Source: Clostridiales bacterium (GTDB lineage: Bacteria; Bacillota; Clostridia; Saccharofermentanales; DTU023). From it: a stretch of DNA of 64,000 bases. Of this stretch, positions 1 through 10,398 are shown piece by piece. Where the stretch lies: assembly GCA_004556455.1 (NCBI GenBank), contig SFGY01000002.1, forward strand, positions 85,902-149,901, in the 5' to 3' direction. Made by a program: the position numbers and the translations under genes. Position 1 is the stretch's first letter; each line of letters opens with the position of its first letter. The notes under the pieces were generated by a model. It ran no database searches. It had not been told where the DNA came from and saw nothing but the letters and a program-made list of their open reading frames with translations.

Positions 1-2390
1 AGTTGTTCCAAAAGCGCCTGGTTTTGATAGGGGACAAGTACAGTTATCTGGTTTTTCTCTTCAATCAGGCGAAAGTTTTCACTTGCGAACTTGAAATTTT
101 GATGAAGAGAAAAGAATTTAGTTTGCGTGTCAAAATTGTGAAACTCAATGCCTTTCTGGGGAATCTTAGTATAAAAGTCATTCAAGCTTTCTTCGTTTGT
201 TGAAAGGAGATTCAGGATTGATCGCTTTCCTGAACTTTTATGAAGAAGGTACATCATGGAAGTTTCGTTTTGCTGGTAATAGCGGGTGAAATAATCTTCT
301 TTCAGTTTTTGGGGATCAAAGAGTTTGCTTTCCTCTTCGGCAAATTTTCTCATTGAGGCTAAAAAAGCATCTTGAGCTTTTTGAATGTCGGGAAGATTTT
401 TCAACTCATCTTGTTGTAAACGGAAGGCAAAGCATTTCCCTGGGATCCTCTTTTTCTTGTACGTTCTCTTTCCCTCGCGATTACAGCGCCCTGCAGATTG
501 AATGAGACTATCCAGTCCTGAGGCCTCTCGGAAAACAAGATCAAAGTCGAGATCAACCCCGGCTTCAACGAGCTGGGTGCTCACACAAATCAGTCGGTGT
601 TCCTCACCACGACGATTGGCTTTCAAGAGCTCGTCCATTTGGTGAATCAGCTGTAGTCTGTGGGCAGGGCAGAGATTAGTGCTTAAATAAATAAACTTTA
701 TTTTAGGATCAGCTGCATCACCTGACTTTTCTAATAGACTTTGATAAAGATCCATTACCTCTGATTTTTTATTGCAGATTATCAGGGCGCTCAGGGCTTC
801 TTGCATCTTGTTGTACAGGCAGGCAACAAAGTCTGTGGTAGAAATTTTTTCAGAACTGTTATTGCCCAACAAGCTATAAAACTCAACTCGCTCAAAACAG
901 GAGAGCTCACTATCTTCTACTTTGGCCAGGGATTGAGAATTTTCACTAATCTTCTTATAAAGCGCAGGGTGAGCCATGACCGGGTGATCATAAATGGGTG
1001 TCGTCGCGGTGCAGTGAACGACAGTAGCACCCATAATGACGGTTAAAAAATTCGTCATTAAGTTCATATTGTAGATCACCTTGAGAGGTAAACTCTGCAC
1101 TTCATCCATAATAATGACACTATGCATAAGCTTACAAAATCGACGAAGCTGACTACTTTTACCGCCAAAAAGAGTGTTTGTCAGTTGGACGAGAGTCGTT
1201 AGTATGATGGGACTTTCCCATGACTCGATAAGATACTGATACGAGGAAATTTCGTCCTTATCCTCCTGATTTTCGATATCATCTATAGGCCTATCCGGGT
1301 TTACATCTGCGTCATCTCGAACAACATTGGAATGATGCTCTAAAATATAATCCTGGTCACCTAAAAATTTTTTGACAGAGTCAGCACTTTGTTCCAGGAC
1401 ACTAAGAAAAGCCGTGGTATAAAAAATCCTCTGATCTTGGAAATTTTGAGCGTGATTGACAGCAAATCGAAGGACACTGGCAGTTTTACCTGCACCAGTG
1501 GGAAGTTCTAAAGTGAATAAGCCACTTTCGTGTAGCTTGGAAGCTTTTTTACATTCTGATGATAGTCGACATCTTATACGTCCCAACTCACTTGCATTGG
1601 CCTTCTTTTCAAAGTCCGAAGAGGCTTTTTCCATGTGATCCTGGCATTCGTTCCAAATATCTTGTATTTCTTTTTTGGAATATCTTCGATCCGGCATTTC
1701 ACGAAAATAATTTGCGGAGTTGTAAATATCTGCTTCCTTCAAAATGGACAGGAGAAGACGGATACCACAGCCTTGATAATAGGCATAAGCCTCGGCCTTG
1801 TTAAAGGATGATTCTGCCATTTTCTGGAGCTTTTCATCAAATATCTTCCATTCATTGAAGGCTTTCTCTAACAATGTATTCAGGCTGAGGTCGAATTTTT
1901 GGGAAAGATTTTCACCATATTCCAGAGCTTCCTTCAGGTCTTCTTCAGAATTTCTTTGAAGAATCCGGTAATAAGGATATAGATAAACCTTTTGTCCCTC
2001 TATATCTTTGGGTAAAGAAAAATTGACCACATCGAAAAGACCATGATGCTGCAAAATGGGATAGGTTAAAAAGCAAAGGAAAGCGGTCAGCTCTGGATTG
2101 ATCTGACCGTATTTTTTCAAGAGAAAATCATGTCCTTTAATAAAAAGAAAATGAGCCCCAGCCGAAGAATGATTGACCGTAATTTTGGCTCCCCGGAGGT
2201 ATTCTTGAAAGAGAGCTGCTGCTTTACCCAGATCGTGGAATACGCCAATGAGAAAGGCCAAAGTACTCAGTCCGATTAAAGCAGCCATGTTTTTACAGTC
2301 GTTTCCCACAGCCAATAGATGATCAGATAAGGATTGTTCGATAGGTTGGTCACCATTATTCTTTTTTAAGTGGGCGAGTTTTAGAGGCAT
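1..2390 (-). CDS. cas3: CRISPR-associated Cas3 (N-terminal HD nuclease fused to DExH helicase); 3' end runs off the left window edge
   Basis: Not in the supplied ORF track, because it has no stop inside the window. My reverse-complement translation starts at the ATG at 2390-2388 (RBS agggagga upstream) and stays open to position 1. It reads MPLKLAHLKKNNGDQPIEQSLSDHLLAVG...GVFHDLGKAAALFQ (HD region), LELPTGAGKT (helicase motif I), IIMDEVQS (DExx motif II) and VSTQLVEAGVDLDFD (C-terminal helicase motif). Confidence 0.85.
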   Translation of the reverse strand, partial: MPLKLAHLKKNNGDQPIEQSLSDHLLAVGNDCKNMAALIGLSTLAFLIGVFHDLGKAAALFQEYLRGAKITVNHSSAGAHFLFIKGHDFLLKKYGQINPELTAFLCFLTYPILQHHGLFDVVNFSLPKDIEGQKVYLYPYYRILQRNSEEDLKEALEYGENLSQKFDLSLNTLLEKAFNEWKIFDEKLQKMAESSFNKAEAYAYYQGCGIRLLLSILKEADIYNSANYFREMPDRRYSKKEIQDIWNECQDHMEKASSDFEKKANASELGRIRCRLSSECKKASKLHESGLFTLELPTGAGKTASVLRFAVNHAQNFQDQRIFYTTAFLSVLEQSADSVKKFLGDQDYILEHHSNVVRDDADVNPDRPIDDIENQEDKDEISSYQYLIESWESPIILTTLVQLTNTLFGGKSSQLRRFCKLMHSVIIMDEVQSLPLKVIYNMNLMTNFLTVIMGATVVHCTATTPIYDHPVMAHPALYKKISENSQSLAKVEDSELSCFERVEFYSLLGNNSSEKISTTDFVACLYNKMQEALSALIICNKKSEVMDLYQSLLEKSGDAADPKIKFIYLSTNLCPAHRLQLIHQMDELLKANRRGEEHRLICVSTQLVEAGVDLDFDLVFREASGLDSLIQSAGRCNREGKRTYKKKRIPGKCFAFRLQQDELKNLPDIQKAQDAFLASMRKFAEEESKLFDPQKLKEDYFTRYYQQNETSMMYLLHKSSGKRSILNLLSTNEESLNDFYTKIPQKGIEFHNFDTQTKFFSLHQNFKFASENFRLIEEKNQITVLVPYQNQALLEQ

Positions 2391-2816
2391 TTTTGATCCT
2401 CCCTTTTTGATTAATTTCAATAGTAGGTTAACAAAATAAAAAAATCAAGCCCCAAATTCTGGAAATCATTGAAAAAGAAAATGGTATAATCAAAAAGACG
2501 CTAAAAACGTGGATTGAAATAATAGTAGGTCATATAGAACAATTCATTATGTAACCGTCAGGATCATAGCAACTGACGGTTCTTTCAATGATCATTAATG
2601 AAAAGATATAAACAAATTGTCATCTTATATAGCAGCAGCTTTGTGAGCAGGTGAATACGCCACTTACGATGACAGCTTTGGCTCTGAGGAGTAAATATGG
2701 CGGAATTATGAGTCTTGCCGCCAGCTGCCAAATTCCTGAAAAGCTGAAAGATAAGAAATTAAAGGAATGAAAATAGACAGTTAGATGATGTTTACTTAAT
2801 CAAGGGAGAGTTCACA

Positions 2817-4580
2817 ATGTTTTTTCGAATGCCTTTCCGTGTCAAACTCGTGTTGCTCTTCGTTCTTGTTTTAGTCTTATCGGCGCTCGCCATTGCGTCC
2901 TTTTCAGTTTATTCAGCACGAAAGGCGATTGAACAGGATCAAAAGGCCGCCTTAAGTGAAATGACCAATCTCGTCACGAGTAACGTGACAAGGATGATCA
3001 AAGATATCAATACCCGGCTAAATGAACTTTCTGAGAATGAAGCGACAATGAGCTTTCTTGCTCAAGCTGATCCTGAGGGTTTGCCTGCTCTGAAGGATGC
3101 TGCTCAAGCCACCTTGCGCGGTTTACAACATGTGAATAAGCTTTATCTCTTTTGGGATAATGAGATCTATCTTCCTCTGGAGGAGAGGAAGATAGGGAAT
3201 GATACGGGAAAGCTGACTGAATGGATAGAAAGATCAGCAAAGTATACTGCGAATACGCACTGGGAACTCCCGGTAAATCATGCCTTAGAGGAGCCTCATG
3301 AGGAAGACGAACGCTGTGTCTACATTATGCATCGTCTAAATGATCCAGAAGAAAAGGGCAGAACGGGTTTCTGGATGCTTGAATTGAGCCATCGTGAATT
3401 CCTGCCCCTGCTTCTCAGCAATCCAGTTTCCTTAAATCATCAGTACCATTTGATCTTTGACCAAAATATGCGCATTGTTGCGGCAAACCGCAGCTTTGAT
3501 AAGGATTCCAATGAAAAAATCCGTCGTGGACTAAGAGAAGGCGCGGAAACACTTTATCTGGGAAATCCTGCCAAACGTTACTTTATCAGGCAACAATATG
3601 AAGGACTGAGCGGATGGACGCTTGTTTGTATTCAGGCAGCTTCGGCAGCTTTCCCAAGCAGTGCGGAGCTGATACGCCTGGTAGCCCAATTTACTGTCAT
3701 AACAACAATACTCACCAGTTTAATTGTTATTTTTATTACAACAACGATTACTCGTCCTATACATGCGGTAAGGAAGGCGATGAAGAAATTTGTGGAAGGC
3801 GATTTCTCCGTCCGTGTGCATCCCAGGGGAACGGATGAAATGGGACAGCTGATGCGCTCTTTCAATTCGATGGCCGATCAGATTGACCACTTAATTCATG
3901 AGGTTTATCTCAGTCAGATTGCTTATAAAGAAGCGAAAATTTCGGCTCTTCAAGCTCAGATCAACCCTCATTTTCTTTATAACACGCTGGATAGTATGCA
4001 ATGGTTGCTTATTTCACATGGAGAGCTGGAGGTTGCAGAGGCGATTGCAGCCCTTGGTGAAATTTTTCGCTATTCGACAGATGCGGATGAAGCCTTTGTG
4101 CGATTGGAGCAGGAATTACATTTTTTGAAAGACTATCTGAATATTCAAAAATTTCGTTTGGAAGAGAAGCTGTCAGTCACCTGGAACATGCCCGAAGACC
4201 TTCTAAGCTTCATTGTACCAAGACTTATTTTACAGCCGTTGATTGAGAATGCGATAAAATATGGAGCAAGTTCAGATGGAAAAATAAACCTGACGATCGC
4301 AGTCCGGGAAGTCGATGAAAAGTTGGAGATTTCTGTCAGAGATTGCGGTCATGGTTTTGATGCAAGCAAAGCTTTAAACATTAAAAAGATGATAAAAGCG
4401 GACGGAAGTTTTTCGGAAAAGCATGGCTTGAGAAATATTAATAAACGCTTGAATTTACTTTTTGGTGAAGCTTTCGGCTTGAATTTTCAGTCGGAACCAG
4501 GAAAAGGCAGTTGCTTCTGGATTCTTCTGCCCAAGTTGAGAAATATCCCCAGGAAAAGAGAGGAAGGAAATCTCGTATGA
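2817..4580 (+). CDS. Sensor histidine kinase, YesM/LytS-type (2 TM, HAMP-like linker, His_kinase, HATPase)
   Basis: 587-aa ORF. It has an N-terminal TM (VKLVLLFVLVLVLSALAIASF) and a second TM (FTVITTILTSLIVIFITTTI) followed by RPIHAVRKAMKKFVEGDF. It carries the QINPHFLYNTLDSMQWL motif typical of this kinase class and a C-terminal ATPase (DCGHGF...GLRNINKRL...GKGSCF). RBS aagggagag. Confidence 0.85.
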   Translation: MFFRMPFRVKLVLLFVLVLVLSALAIASFSVYSARKAIEQDQKAALSEMTNLVTSNVTRMIKDINTRLNELSENEATMSFLAQADPEGLPALKDAAQATLRGLQHVNKLYLFWDNEIYLPLEERKIGNDTGKLTEWIERSAKYTANTHWELPVNHALEEPHEEDERCVYIMHRLNDPEEKGRTGFWMLELSHREFLPLLLSNPVSLNHQYHLIFDQNMRIVAANRSFDKDSNEKIRRGLREGAETLYLGNPAKRYFIRQQYEGLSGWTLVCIQAASAAFPSSAELIRLVAQFTVITTILTSLIVIFITTTITRPIHAVRKAMKKFVEGDFSVRVHPRGTDEMGQLMRSFNSMADQIDHLIHEVYLSQIAYKEAKISALQAQINPHFLYNTLDSMQWLLISHGELEVAEAIAALGEIFRYSTDADEAFVRLEQELHFLKDYLNIQKFRLEEKLSVTWNMPEDLLSFIVPRLILQPLIENAIKYGASSDGKINLTIAVREVDEKLEISVRDCGHGFDASKALNIKKMIKADGSFSEKHGLRNINKRLNLLFGEAFGLNFQSEPGKGSCFWILLPKLRNIPRKREEGNLV

Positions 4581-5293
4581 ACGTTGTTTTTGTAGATGAT
4601 GAGCCAAAAATTCGCGAGGGCCTTTCTGCTTACCTGAAAAACTGTCCGGATATCAGCCGTGTCGATGCTTTTTCAAGTTCTGAGGGTTGTCTTGATTTTC
4701 TTTCGTCAAATGCTGCGGATTTGCTTATCACAGATATCAAAATGCCAGGAGCCTCAGGGCTTGATCTCATCCAGGAGCTTCGCAGAATCTATCCCAAAAT
4801 GGATATTATTATCCTCAGCGGCTATGGCCGTTTTGACTATGCAAAACGTGCCATTGAGCTGGGTGTCCGCCGCTTTTTGACAAAGCCAACGAATCTGAAA
4901 GAACTTGAACACGTTATCCATGAAATAGCAGTAGAAAAAATGGATTATCCACTGTCTGACAACCTCATGGTTCAGAAGGTTATTCAATGCATTCATGCAA
5001 GATATATGGAAGCGATCACCCTGAAAGACTTGGCTGAGGAAGCTTTTATCAGCCCCAATTATCTATGTCGTCGTTTCAAAGAAGTGACCGGCACAAGTCC
5101 CCTGCAATATCTGGCTAAACTTCGCATGGATAAAGCAGCCGAATTGCTTCTGAACAGCCCGTTGAGCATAAGTGAAATTGCTGAACGTGTAGGCTTTTCT
5201 GACAGCCGTTACTTTAGCAAGCAGTTTAAAAGGTGGAAAGGCCAGACGCCTCAGGATTTCCGTCGCCGCCACCAGGACTCTTCATCCAGATAG
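4577..5293 (+). CDS. Response regulator, CheY receiver + AraC-type HTH (YesN-like)
   Basis: ATGA start/stop overlap with the kinase at 4577-4580. Receiver domain MNVVFVDDEPKIREG...ITDIKMPGASGL. C-terminal AraC HTH (NYLCRRFKEVTGTSPLQYLAKLRMDKAAELL...SDSRYFSKQFKRWKGQTPQDFRR). The track start at 4511 lies inside the kinase and is probably too early. Confidence 0.85.
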   Translation: MNVVFVDDEPKIREGLSAYLKNCPDISRVDAFSSSEGCLDFLSSNAADLLITDIKMPGASGLDLIQELRRIYPKMDIIILSGYGRFDYAKRAIELGVRRFLTKPTNLKELEHVIHEIAVEKMDYPLSDNLMVQKVIQCIHARYMEAITLKDLAEEAFISPNYLCRRFKEVTGTSPLQYLAKLRMDKAAELLLNSPLSISEIAERVGFSDSRYFSKQFKRWKGQTPQDFRRRHQDSSSR

Positions 5294-5433
5294 CGTGTCG
5301 CCTGATCACATATTGTGCGCATATAAAGATAATATTTTCCCCATAAAGATATTTTTGTTAATTGTTCAACTTGTACAGATACAGTAAATTAAAAGCACAT
5401 AATTTTTACAAATTGTGTGAAAGGAGCTTCTGT

Positions 5434-6570
5434 ATGAAAAAATATTCTCGAGTATTATCCATCCTGCTATCTCTTGTATTACTGCTGAGCCTTGCGGCTT
5501 GCAGTAAGCCTTCAAACCCTTCGCCTGAGACAAAAACGAAGGGAGAAGAGAGTTCGGAAACACAAGCTGATGTCACAAAAGCCGAAGACAAGAGTAATGA
5601 TCAAGAGGCCGTTGCAGGTAAAGCTGAAGATAAAAGTAAAGGACAAAAGGCGATTGAGGATTACAAAATTGTTCTGATTCTGCCTGGCCCCATCAACGAT
5701 CAGAGCTGGAATGCTACGAACTACGCGGGATTGCTGGCATGCAACAAACAGCTTGGCACCAAAATGGAGTATGTTGAAAATGTCCAGTCTTCAGATTATG
5801 AATCCACTTTCAGAGAATATGCCGAGCGCAAATATGATTTAATTATGGCTGCCGGTTCGCAGTTTGATGAACCTGCAGCTGCTGTGGCTCCCAACTATCC
5901 GGAATCTACCTTCTGTGTGGTGAATGGTTCAAGAGCGGACAGTGAGAACGTGGCCCCCATTTTTCCTAAAGAATATGAAGCCAGTTATCTTGCCGGGATT
6001 ATTGCCGGTTATACCAGCAGCAACGGAAATTTTGCCACAATCGGAGGCTTCCCTAATAAACCGATGGAGCATCTCCTTGATGTTTATGAGGCGACCGCAG
6101 TGCGCATAGCAGGAGAACGCAAGATTGAAGGCGCTAAAGCGACGAGAGCTTATGCGAATAGCTGGGATGATGTAGCGCTGGGCAAACAGATGGCCGCACA
6201 GATGATTGACAGCGGAGCGGATACACTCTTTGTCTATGCCAATGAGGTTGGCCTGGGTTCTATTGAAGCGGCAAAAAATGCGGGCGTCAACTTTGTAGGC
6301 TTTTCCAGTGACCAGAATTCCGTGGCACCAGGGACGGTAGTCGCCTCAGTTCTTTTCGATTTTGAAAATTTCTATGTGTGGGCTATTAAGCAATACACGG
6401 AAGGTCAGCTTCAAGGCAAAATGGTTCATGAAGCAGGGATTAAAGAAGATATCTTTAAGCCGATCTATACTGATTCCATCTCGCAGGAGATTAAAGATGC
6501 TGTTGATCAGGCCGTTCAAGATTACAAAGCAGATAAGACAGATTTAACCGTGCTTTTTAAAGATAAATAA
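5434..6570 (+). CDS. BMP-family (Med/PnrA-like) ABC substrate-binding lipoprotein
   Basis: Start MKKYSRVLSILLSLVLLLSLAAC with lipobox LAAC and RBS gaaaggag. An acidic or low-complexity linker contains duplicated KAEDKS units. The body matches BMP-family proteins (KIVLILPGPINDQSWN...GADTLFVYANEVG). Confidence 0.8.
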   Translation: MKKYSRVLSILLSLVLLLSLAACSKPSNPSPETKTKGEESSETQADVTKAEDKSNDQEAVAGKAEDKSKGQKAIEDYKIVLILPGPINDQSWNATNYAGLLACNKQLGTKMEYVENVQSSDYESTFREYAERKYDLIMAAGSQFDEPAAAVAPNYPESTFCVVNGSRADSENVAPIFPKEYEASYLAGIIAGYTSSNGNFATIGGFPNKPMEHLLDVYEATAVRIAGERKIEGAKATRAYANSWDDVALGKQMAAQMIDSGADTLFVYANEVGLGSIEAAKNAGVNFVGFSSDQNSVAPGTVVASVLFDFENFYVWAIKQYTEGQLQGKMVHEAGIKEDIFKPIYTDSISQEIKDAVDQAVQDYKADKTDLTVLFKDK

Positions 6571-6656
6571 ATTCGAGAGAAGAGCAAGTTAGAATTTTCA
6601 GTGGCGGACAGCGGCTGAATGAAGCTGCTGTCCGCTGTTATTTCAACATAGGAGCG

Positions 6657-8201
6657 ATGAAGATGACGGATATTAGCCCAGGCTGGTCACAAATTGATCT
6701 GTGTCAAATCTCAAAGCGTTTCGCAAGAGTACAAGCCAACGAAGAGGTAAGTTTCTCCATTCATCGCGGTGAAGTTCTGGCGCTGCTTGGCGAGAACGGT
6801 GCTGGTAAAAGTACCATCATGAAAATTCTCTATGGCTTGTATCAGGCAGATAGCGGAGAAATAAAAATTGACGGACAAACTGTAGCCGTGAACGGGCCTG
6901 CAGATGCCTTAAAATACGGCATAGGCATGATCCAACAGCATTTTTCCCTTGTACCAGCCCATACGGTCACGGAAAACATTATTTTAGGTAAGGTTCGGGG
7001 AAAAATTGATTTCCGTGCGCAAGCTGCAAAAATCAAAGAAATTTCAGACCGCTATGGCTTTCCGCTTGAACCCGCTGCTAAAGTCGAAGACCTCGACGTG
7101 GGTATTCAGCAAAAGGTCGAAATTGTCAAAGCTCTTTTTTCTCATACTTCACTTTTAATCATGGATGAACCAACGGCAGTTCTAACGCCACAGGAAGCGG
7201 ATCAGCTGCTCGTCTTTATCCGCCAGTATGCTAAAGATGGGAATGCGGTGGTTTTAATCACCCACAAATTGCGTGAGGTTCTGGATGTTGCTGACCGCAT
7301 AGTGGTTATGCGTAACGGTAAAGTTTGGGGCGATATTCCACGCGCTGAGGCAGATGAGGTGAAGCTTTCCCAAATAATGATTGGACATGAGCTCTCCGCG
7401 CTGCAAAAAAGACATTTTGATCGGGGAACTTCAACAGATAGCGGCCTGGTGCTTGAAAATGTAACGCTTCGTCATCAGAACCTTTGTGTTTTAGATCACA
7501 TCAATTTCAAAATAAATGCAGGTGAAATCCTCGGAATTGCAGGGGTAAGCGGGAATGGACAGGAGGAACTTTGTGAGTTGATCTGTGGCCTCAGATCGGC
7601 GGATGAAGGCGATATTTTCCTTAATGGAGTTCCTTTAAATGGGATGTCACTTCGTGAACGGATGCACCAGGGTATCGGTTACGTACCGGTAGATCGTTAC
7701 CGCGATGCTTTAGTGATGCCAATGAATCTGATGGAAAATCTCTACCTGAAGTCCTCCTTTGATCCTGCATGGCACAACGGGCCGTTTATCAATCAAAAGC
7801 TTCTGACGAGTGAGTCTCAGAAAGCCATTCTGGATTACCAGGTCAAAACTCCTGGACCAGAAATCAGAGCCGGTAGTCTTTCCGGAGGAAATCAGCAGAA
7901 ATGGGTATTGGCAAGAGAAATGCGTCTTGCCCATCATTTGTTAGTGCTGAATCAGCCAACAAGAGGCCTGGATTTAGGGGCGATTCATTATATTCAGGAG
8001 CAGATTCTTGATGCAGCTGCACGGGGTATAGCTATCCTTTTGATATCAACGGAATTATCTGAGATTTTCAAACTGAGTGATCGAATCGGCATCATGTATA
8101 AAGGAAAAATCATGGGTGTTTTTACTCCGGACAGGCTCAATACAGAGAGTGTGGGTCTCATGATGGCCGGTATTATGCCAGCCGATTTAAAAGAAGTATA
8201 G
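6657..8201 (+). CDS. ABC transporter ATP-binding protein with two ATPase domains (sugar/nucleoside-type)
   Basis: 514 aa. Walker A GENGAGKST and a second P-loop GVSGNGQEEL. Signature LSGGNQQKWVLAR. Walker B LLIMDEPT / LVLNQPT. Confidence 0.85.
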   Translation: MKMTDISPGWSQIDLCQISKRFARVQANEEVSFSIHRGEVLALLGENGAGKSTIMKILYGLYQADSGEIKIDGQTVAVNGPADALKYGIGMIQQHFSLVPAHTVTENIILGKVRGKIDFRAQAAKIKEISDRYGFPLEPAAKVEDLDVGIQQKVEIVKALFSHTSLLIMDEPTAVLTPQEADQLLVFIRQYAKDGNAVVLITHKLREVLDVADRIVVMRNGKVWGDIPRAEADEVKLSQIMIGHELSALQKRHFDRGTSTDSGLVLENVTLRHQNLCVLDHINFKINAGEILGIAGVSGNGQEELCELICGLRSADEGDIFLNGVPLNGMSLRERMHQGIGYVPVDRYRDALVMPMNLMENLYLKSSFDPAWHNGPFINQKLLTSESQKAILDYQVKTPGPEIRAGSLSGGNQQKWVLAREMRLAHHLLVLNQPTRGLDLGAIHYIQEQILDAAARGIAILLISTELSEIFKLSDRIGIMYKGKIMGVFTPDRLNTESVGLMMAGIMPADLKEV

Positions 8202-8225
8202 GACAGCACAGGAAAGGAGCTATGA

Positions 8226-9311
8226 ATGGCTAACAAGTTAAACCATCACAACGAAACCACTGTGTTAGTCTGGACGAATGCAGTAGCAGTGAGCTTGGGA
8301 CTGATCATCTGTGGCTTAATGCTCTTATTTTTAAAAATTAACCCGCTTAATGTCTTTGGCCAGGCCTTGAAAACGATCTTTACAGATGCTTATACCGGCG
8401 CAGAAGTTTTTCTAAAAGCAACGCCTTTAATATTTACTGCACTTTCCTTTGCCTTTACCTATAAGGCCAGTCTGTACAATATCGGTGCACAGGGGCAGTT
8501 TTACGCAGGGGCCATCGCCTCAATTGCGCTGTCCCTGCAACTAGAGGGAAAAGTATCAACATTCACACTTTTGCTGCTTTCGCTTCTTGCCGCTTTACTG
8601 GCCGGAGGTTTGATCGGCGGGCTTATCGGTTTTCTGAAAGCTCGCTTCCAGGCTAATGAATTTTTAGTCTCCATGATGTCGACCTATGCGGTCATAGCCT
8701 TCATGAATTATCTTTTGCGGACGGCGCTTAAAGAAAATAAAGGCGAATATCCACAAACTGATGCCCTTGGAAGGGCGGCCTGGATTCCATCTTTTATCCC
8801 GGGAACACGCTTACACTATGGCTTTATTCTCGCCATCCTTACGGCCATAGGTATATGGGTTCTGCTTAACAAAACTCCGTTTGGTTTTCGGGTGCGATCT
8901 GTTGGCTATAATCAGCGGGCCACAGAGCTTGCAGGAATTAAAGCGCCCGCTATCTTTATCATGACCTTTTTTATCAGCGGCGCTTTGTCCGGGATGGCTG
9001 GATTTACCGAAATAAACGGTGTGCAGCATATGCTGATTCAGGACTTTAATCCCTTCATCGGCGCAGCAGGATTGGGCATTGCCATTTTGGCAAATGCAAA
9101 TCCCATCGCCATCATTTTTGCCTCGATTCTTTTCGGTGCACTTTCGGTGATCGGTATGCTCATGGGCAGAATGCCGGGTATTAACGTACCGGCAAGCTTT
9201 GTACCCCTGATGCAGGGCACCGTCATGGCTTTTGTCATCGGAGCTAACTTTTTCCGGATCAAGCTACATATCAAGAGGGAAAAGATGAGAAAAGCAGAGG
9301 AGCTTAAGTAA
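8226..9311 (+). CDS. ABC transporter permease
   Basis: 361-aa polytopic hydrophobic ORF directly after the ATPase. Typical of the BMP/ribose-type permease pair. Confidence 0.8.
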   Translation: MANKLNHHNETTVLVWTNAVAVSLGLIICGLMLLFLKINPLNVFGQALKTIFTDAYTGAEVFLKATPLIFTALSFAFTYKASLYNIGAQGQFYAGAIASIALSLQLEGKVSTFTLLLLSLLAALLAGGLIGGLIGFLKARFQANEFLVSMMSTYAVIAFMNYLLRTALKENKGEYPQTDALGRAAWIPSFIPGTRLHYGFILAILTAIGIWVLLNKTPFGFRVRSVGYNQRATELAGIKAPAIFIMTFFISGALSGMAGFTEINGVQHMLIQDFNPFIGAAGLGIAILANANPIAIIFASILFGALSVIGMLMGRMPGINVPASFVPLMQGTVMAFVIGANFFRIKLHIKREKMRKAEELK

Positions 9312-10237
9312 TGAACATCATTCTGGGTCTTTTAAGCAGAGCTCTTACCATGAGCACACCCCTTCTATTTGGCGCCAGTTCCGAAGTCATTGCAGAGAGA
9401 TCAGGGATGATGATTACTGCAATTGAGGGCATCTTTCTTATGGGAGCCTGGGGTGGCTTCGTCGGTACTTATTACACAGGAAGTCCCATACTGGGTGTTT
9501 TGCTGGCAATGTTCTGTGGGCTTTGCCTCGCCTTGATCTATGGCCTCATCACCATTACTATGCAACAGAATCAGGTAGTGACGGGAGCTGCTCTTAATCT
9601 CTTTGCAGGTGGCTTCTGCACCTTCTTTCAGCGTGTTCTTTTTGGCGTACCAACCTCACCCCTTCGCATTGCCACGGTTTCAGCCATAGAATTAAAACCC
9701 TTTTCAAAAATTCCTATCATAGGTGAAATTTTTTTCAAACAAACCGTATTCACTTATTCCCTTTACTTGCTTATTCCTGCAATGGCTTATTTTTTATATC
9801 AGACATCGTGGGGACTGTCCCTGCGCTCCTGTGGCGAAAATCCCGTGGCTGTCGATACAGCAGGACTTAACATCACGAGAATACGCTATCTCGCTGTCAT
9901 CTTCTCAGGACTTATGGGTGGGATTGCCGGTGCTTTTTACTCCATTGCCTTTTTGGGTATGTTTACCTCCAACATGATTGGGGGTCGTGGCTGGATAGCC
10001 TTTGCCATCTGTTTTCTGGGAAACTGGACTCCTTTCGGAGCTGTTATCGGGACCTTTATTTTTGGTTTAGCGGAGGCCATCGGCATTTATATGCAGTCTT
10101 CAGGGAGCGCTGGTATTATCCCGAACGAGTTTTTCATTGCCTTGCCCTATATTCTTACCATTGTTTTGACTGTTGCGCGACGCAAGCTTAATGTTCCTGC
10201 ACAGCTTGGTGTTCCCTATATCAAAGAAGAGGGCTGA
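9311..10237 (+). CDS. ABC transporter permease (second subunit)
   Basis: 308-aa polytopic ORF. Its start overlaps the previous stop (TAATG at 9308-9313). Confidence 0.8.
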   Translation: MNIILGLLSRALTMSTPLLFGASSEVIAERSGMMITAIEGIFLMGAWGGFVGTYYTGSPILGVLLAMFCGLCLALIYGLITITMQQNQVVTGAALNLFAGGFCTFFQRVLFGVPTSPLRIATVSAIELKPFSKIPIIGEIFFKQTVFTYSLYLLIPAMAYFLYQTSWGLSLRSCGENPVAVDTAGLNITRIRYLAVIFSGLMGGIAGAFYSIAFLGMFTSNMIGGRGWIAFAICFLGNWTPFGAVIGTFIFGLAEAIGIYMQSSGSAGIIPNEFFIALPYILTIVLTVARRKLNVPAQLGVPYIKEEG

Positions 10238-10293
10238 GTTGCAGTTTTTCGACTGAGTGTATGGGGGGCTGATATAAAGGACTGATGCTATTA

Positions 10294-10398
10294 ATGACTT
10301 ATTATGCGAAATCATTACTGCCTAATGGAAAACAGCCCACGGTGGCGGAACATTGTCAAAACGTTGCCGATTTGACAATTAAACAGGTAGATGTCTGA
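10294..10398 (+). pseudogene. Possible 5' stub of a second cas3/HD-domain gene (34 codons)
   Basis: The ATG at 10294 gives MTYYAKSLLPNGKQPTVAEHCQNVADLTIKQVDV*. The Y-AKS...G.Q.T..EH..NVA pattern resembles Cas3 HD N-termini. Similarity ends about 10392, where a minus-strand fragment begins. Confidence 0.3.

Noticed and set aside
3-1804. Four short plus-strand ORFs in the track (3..203, 801..1046, 1456..1638, 1559..1804).
   Set aside because: They lie antisense to the long uninterrupted minus-strand cas3 frame, have no RBS and no recognisable motifs. I treat them as shadow ORFs.
2506-2519. The sequence acgtggattgaaat upstream of cas3 matches the 3' end of I-C-type repeats (..cgtgaattgaaat).
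   Set aside because: Only ~12 of 13 nt match. The upstream 19 nt show no similarity to the repeat and there is no second copy. A match of this length is expected by chance at roughly the 0.3 level in 2 x 64 kb.
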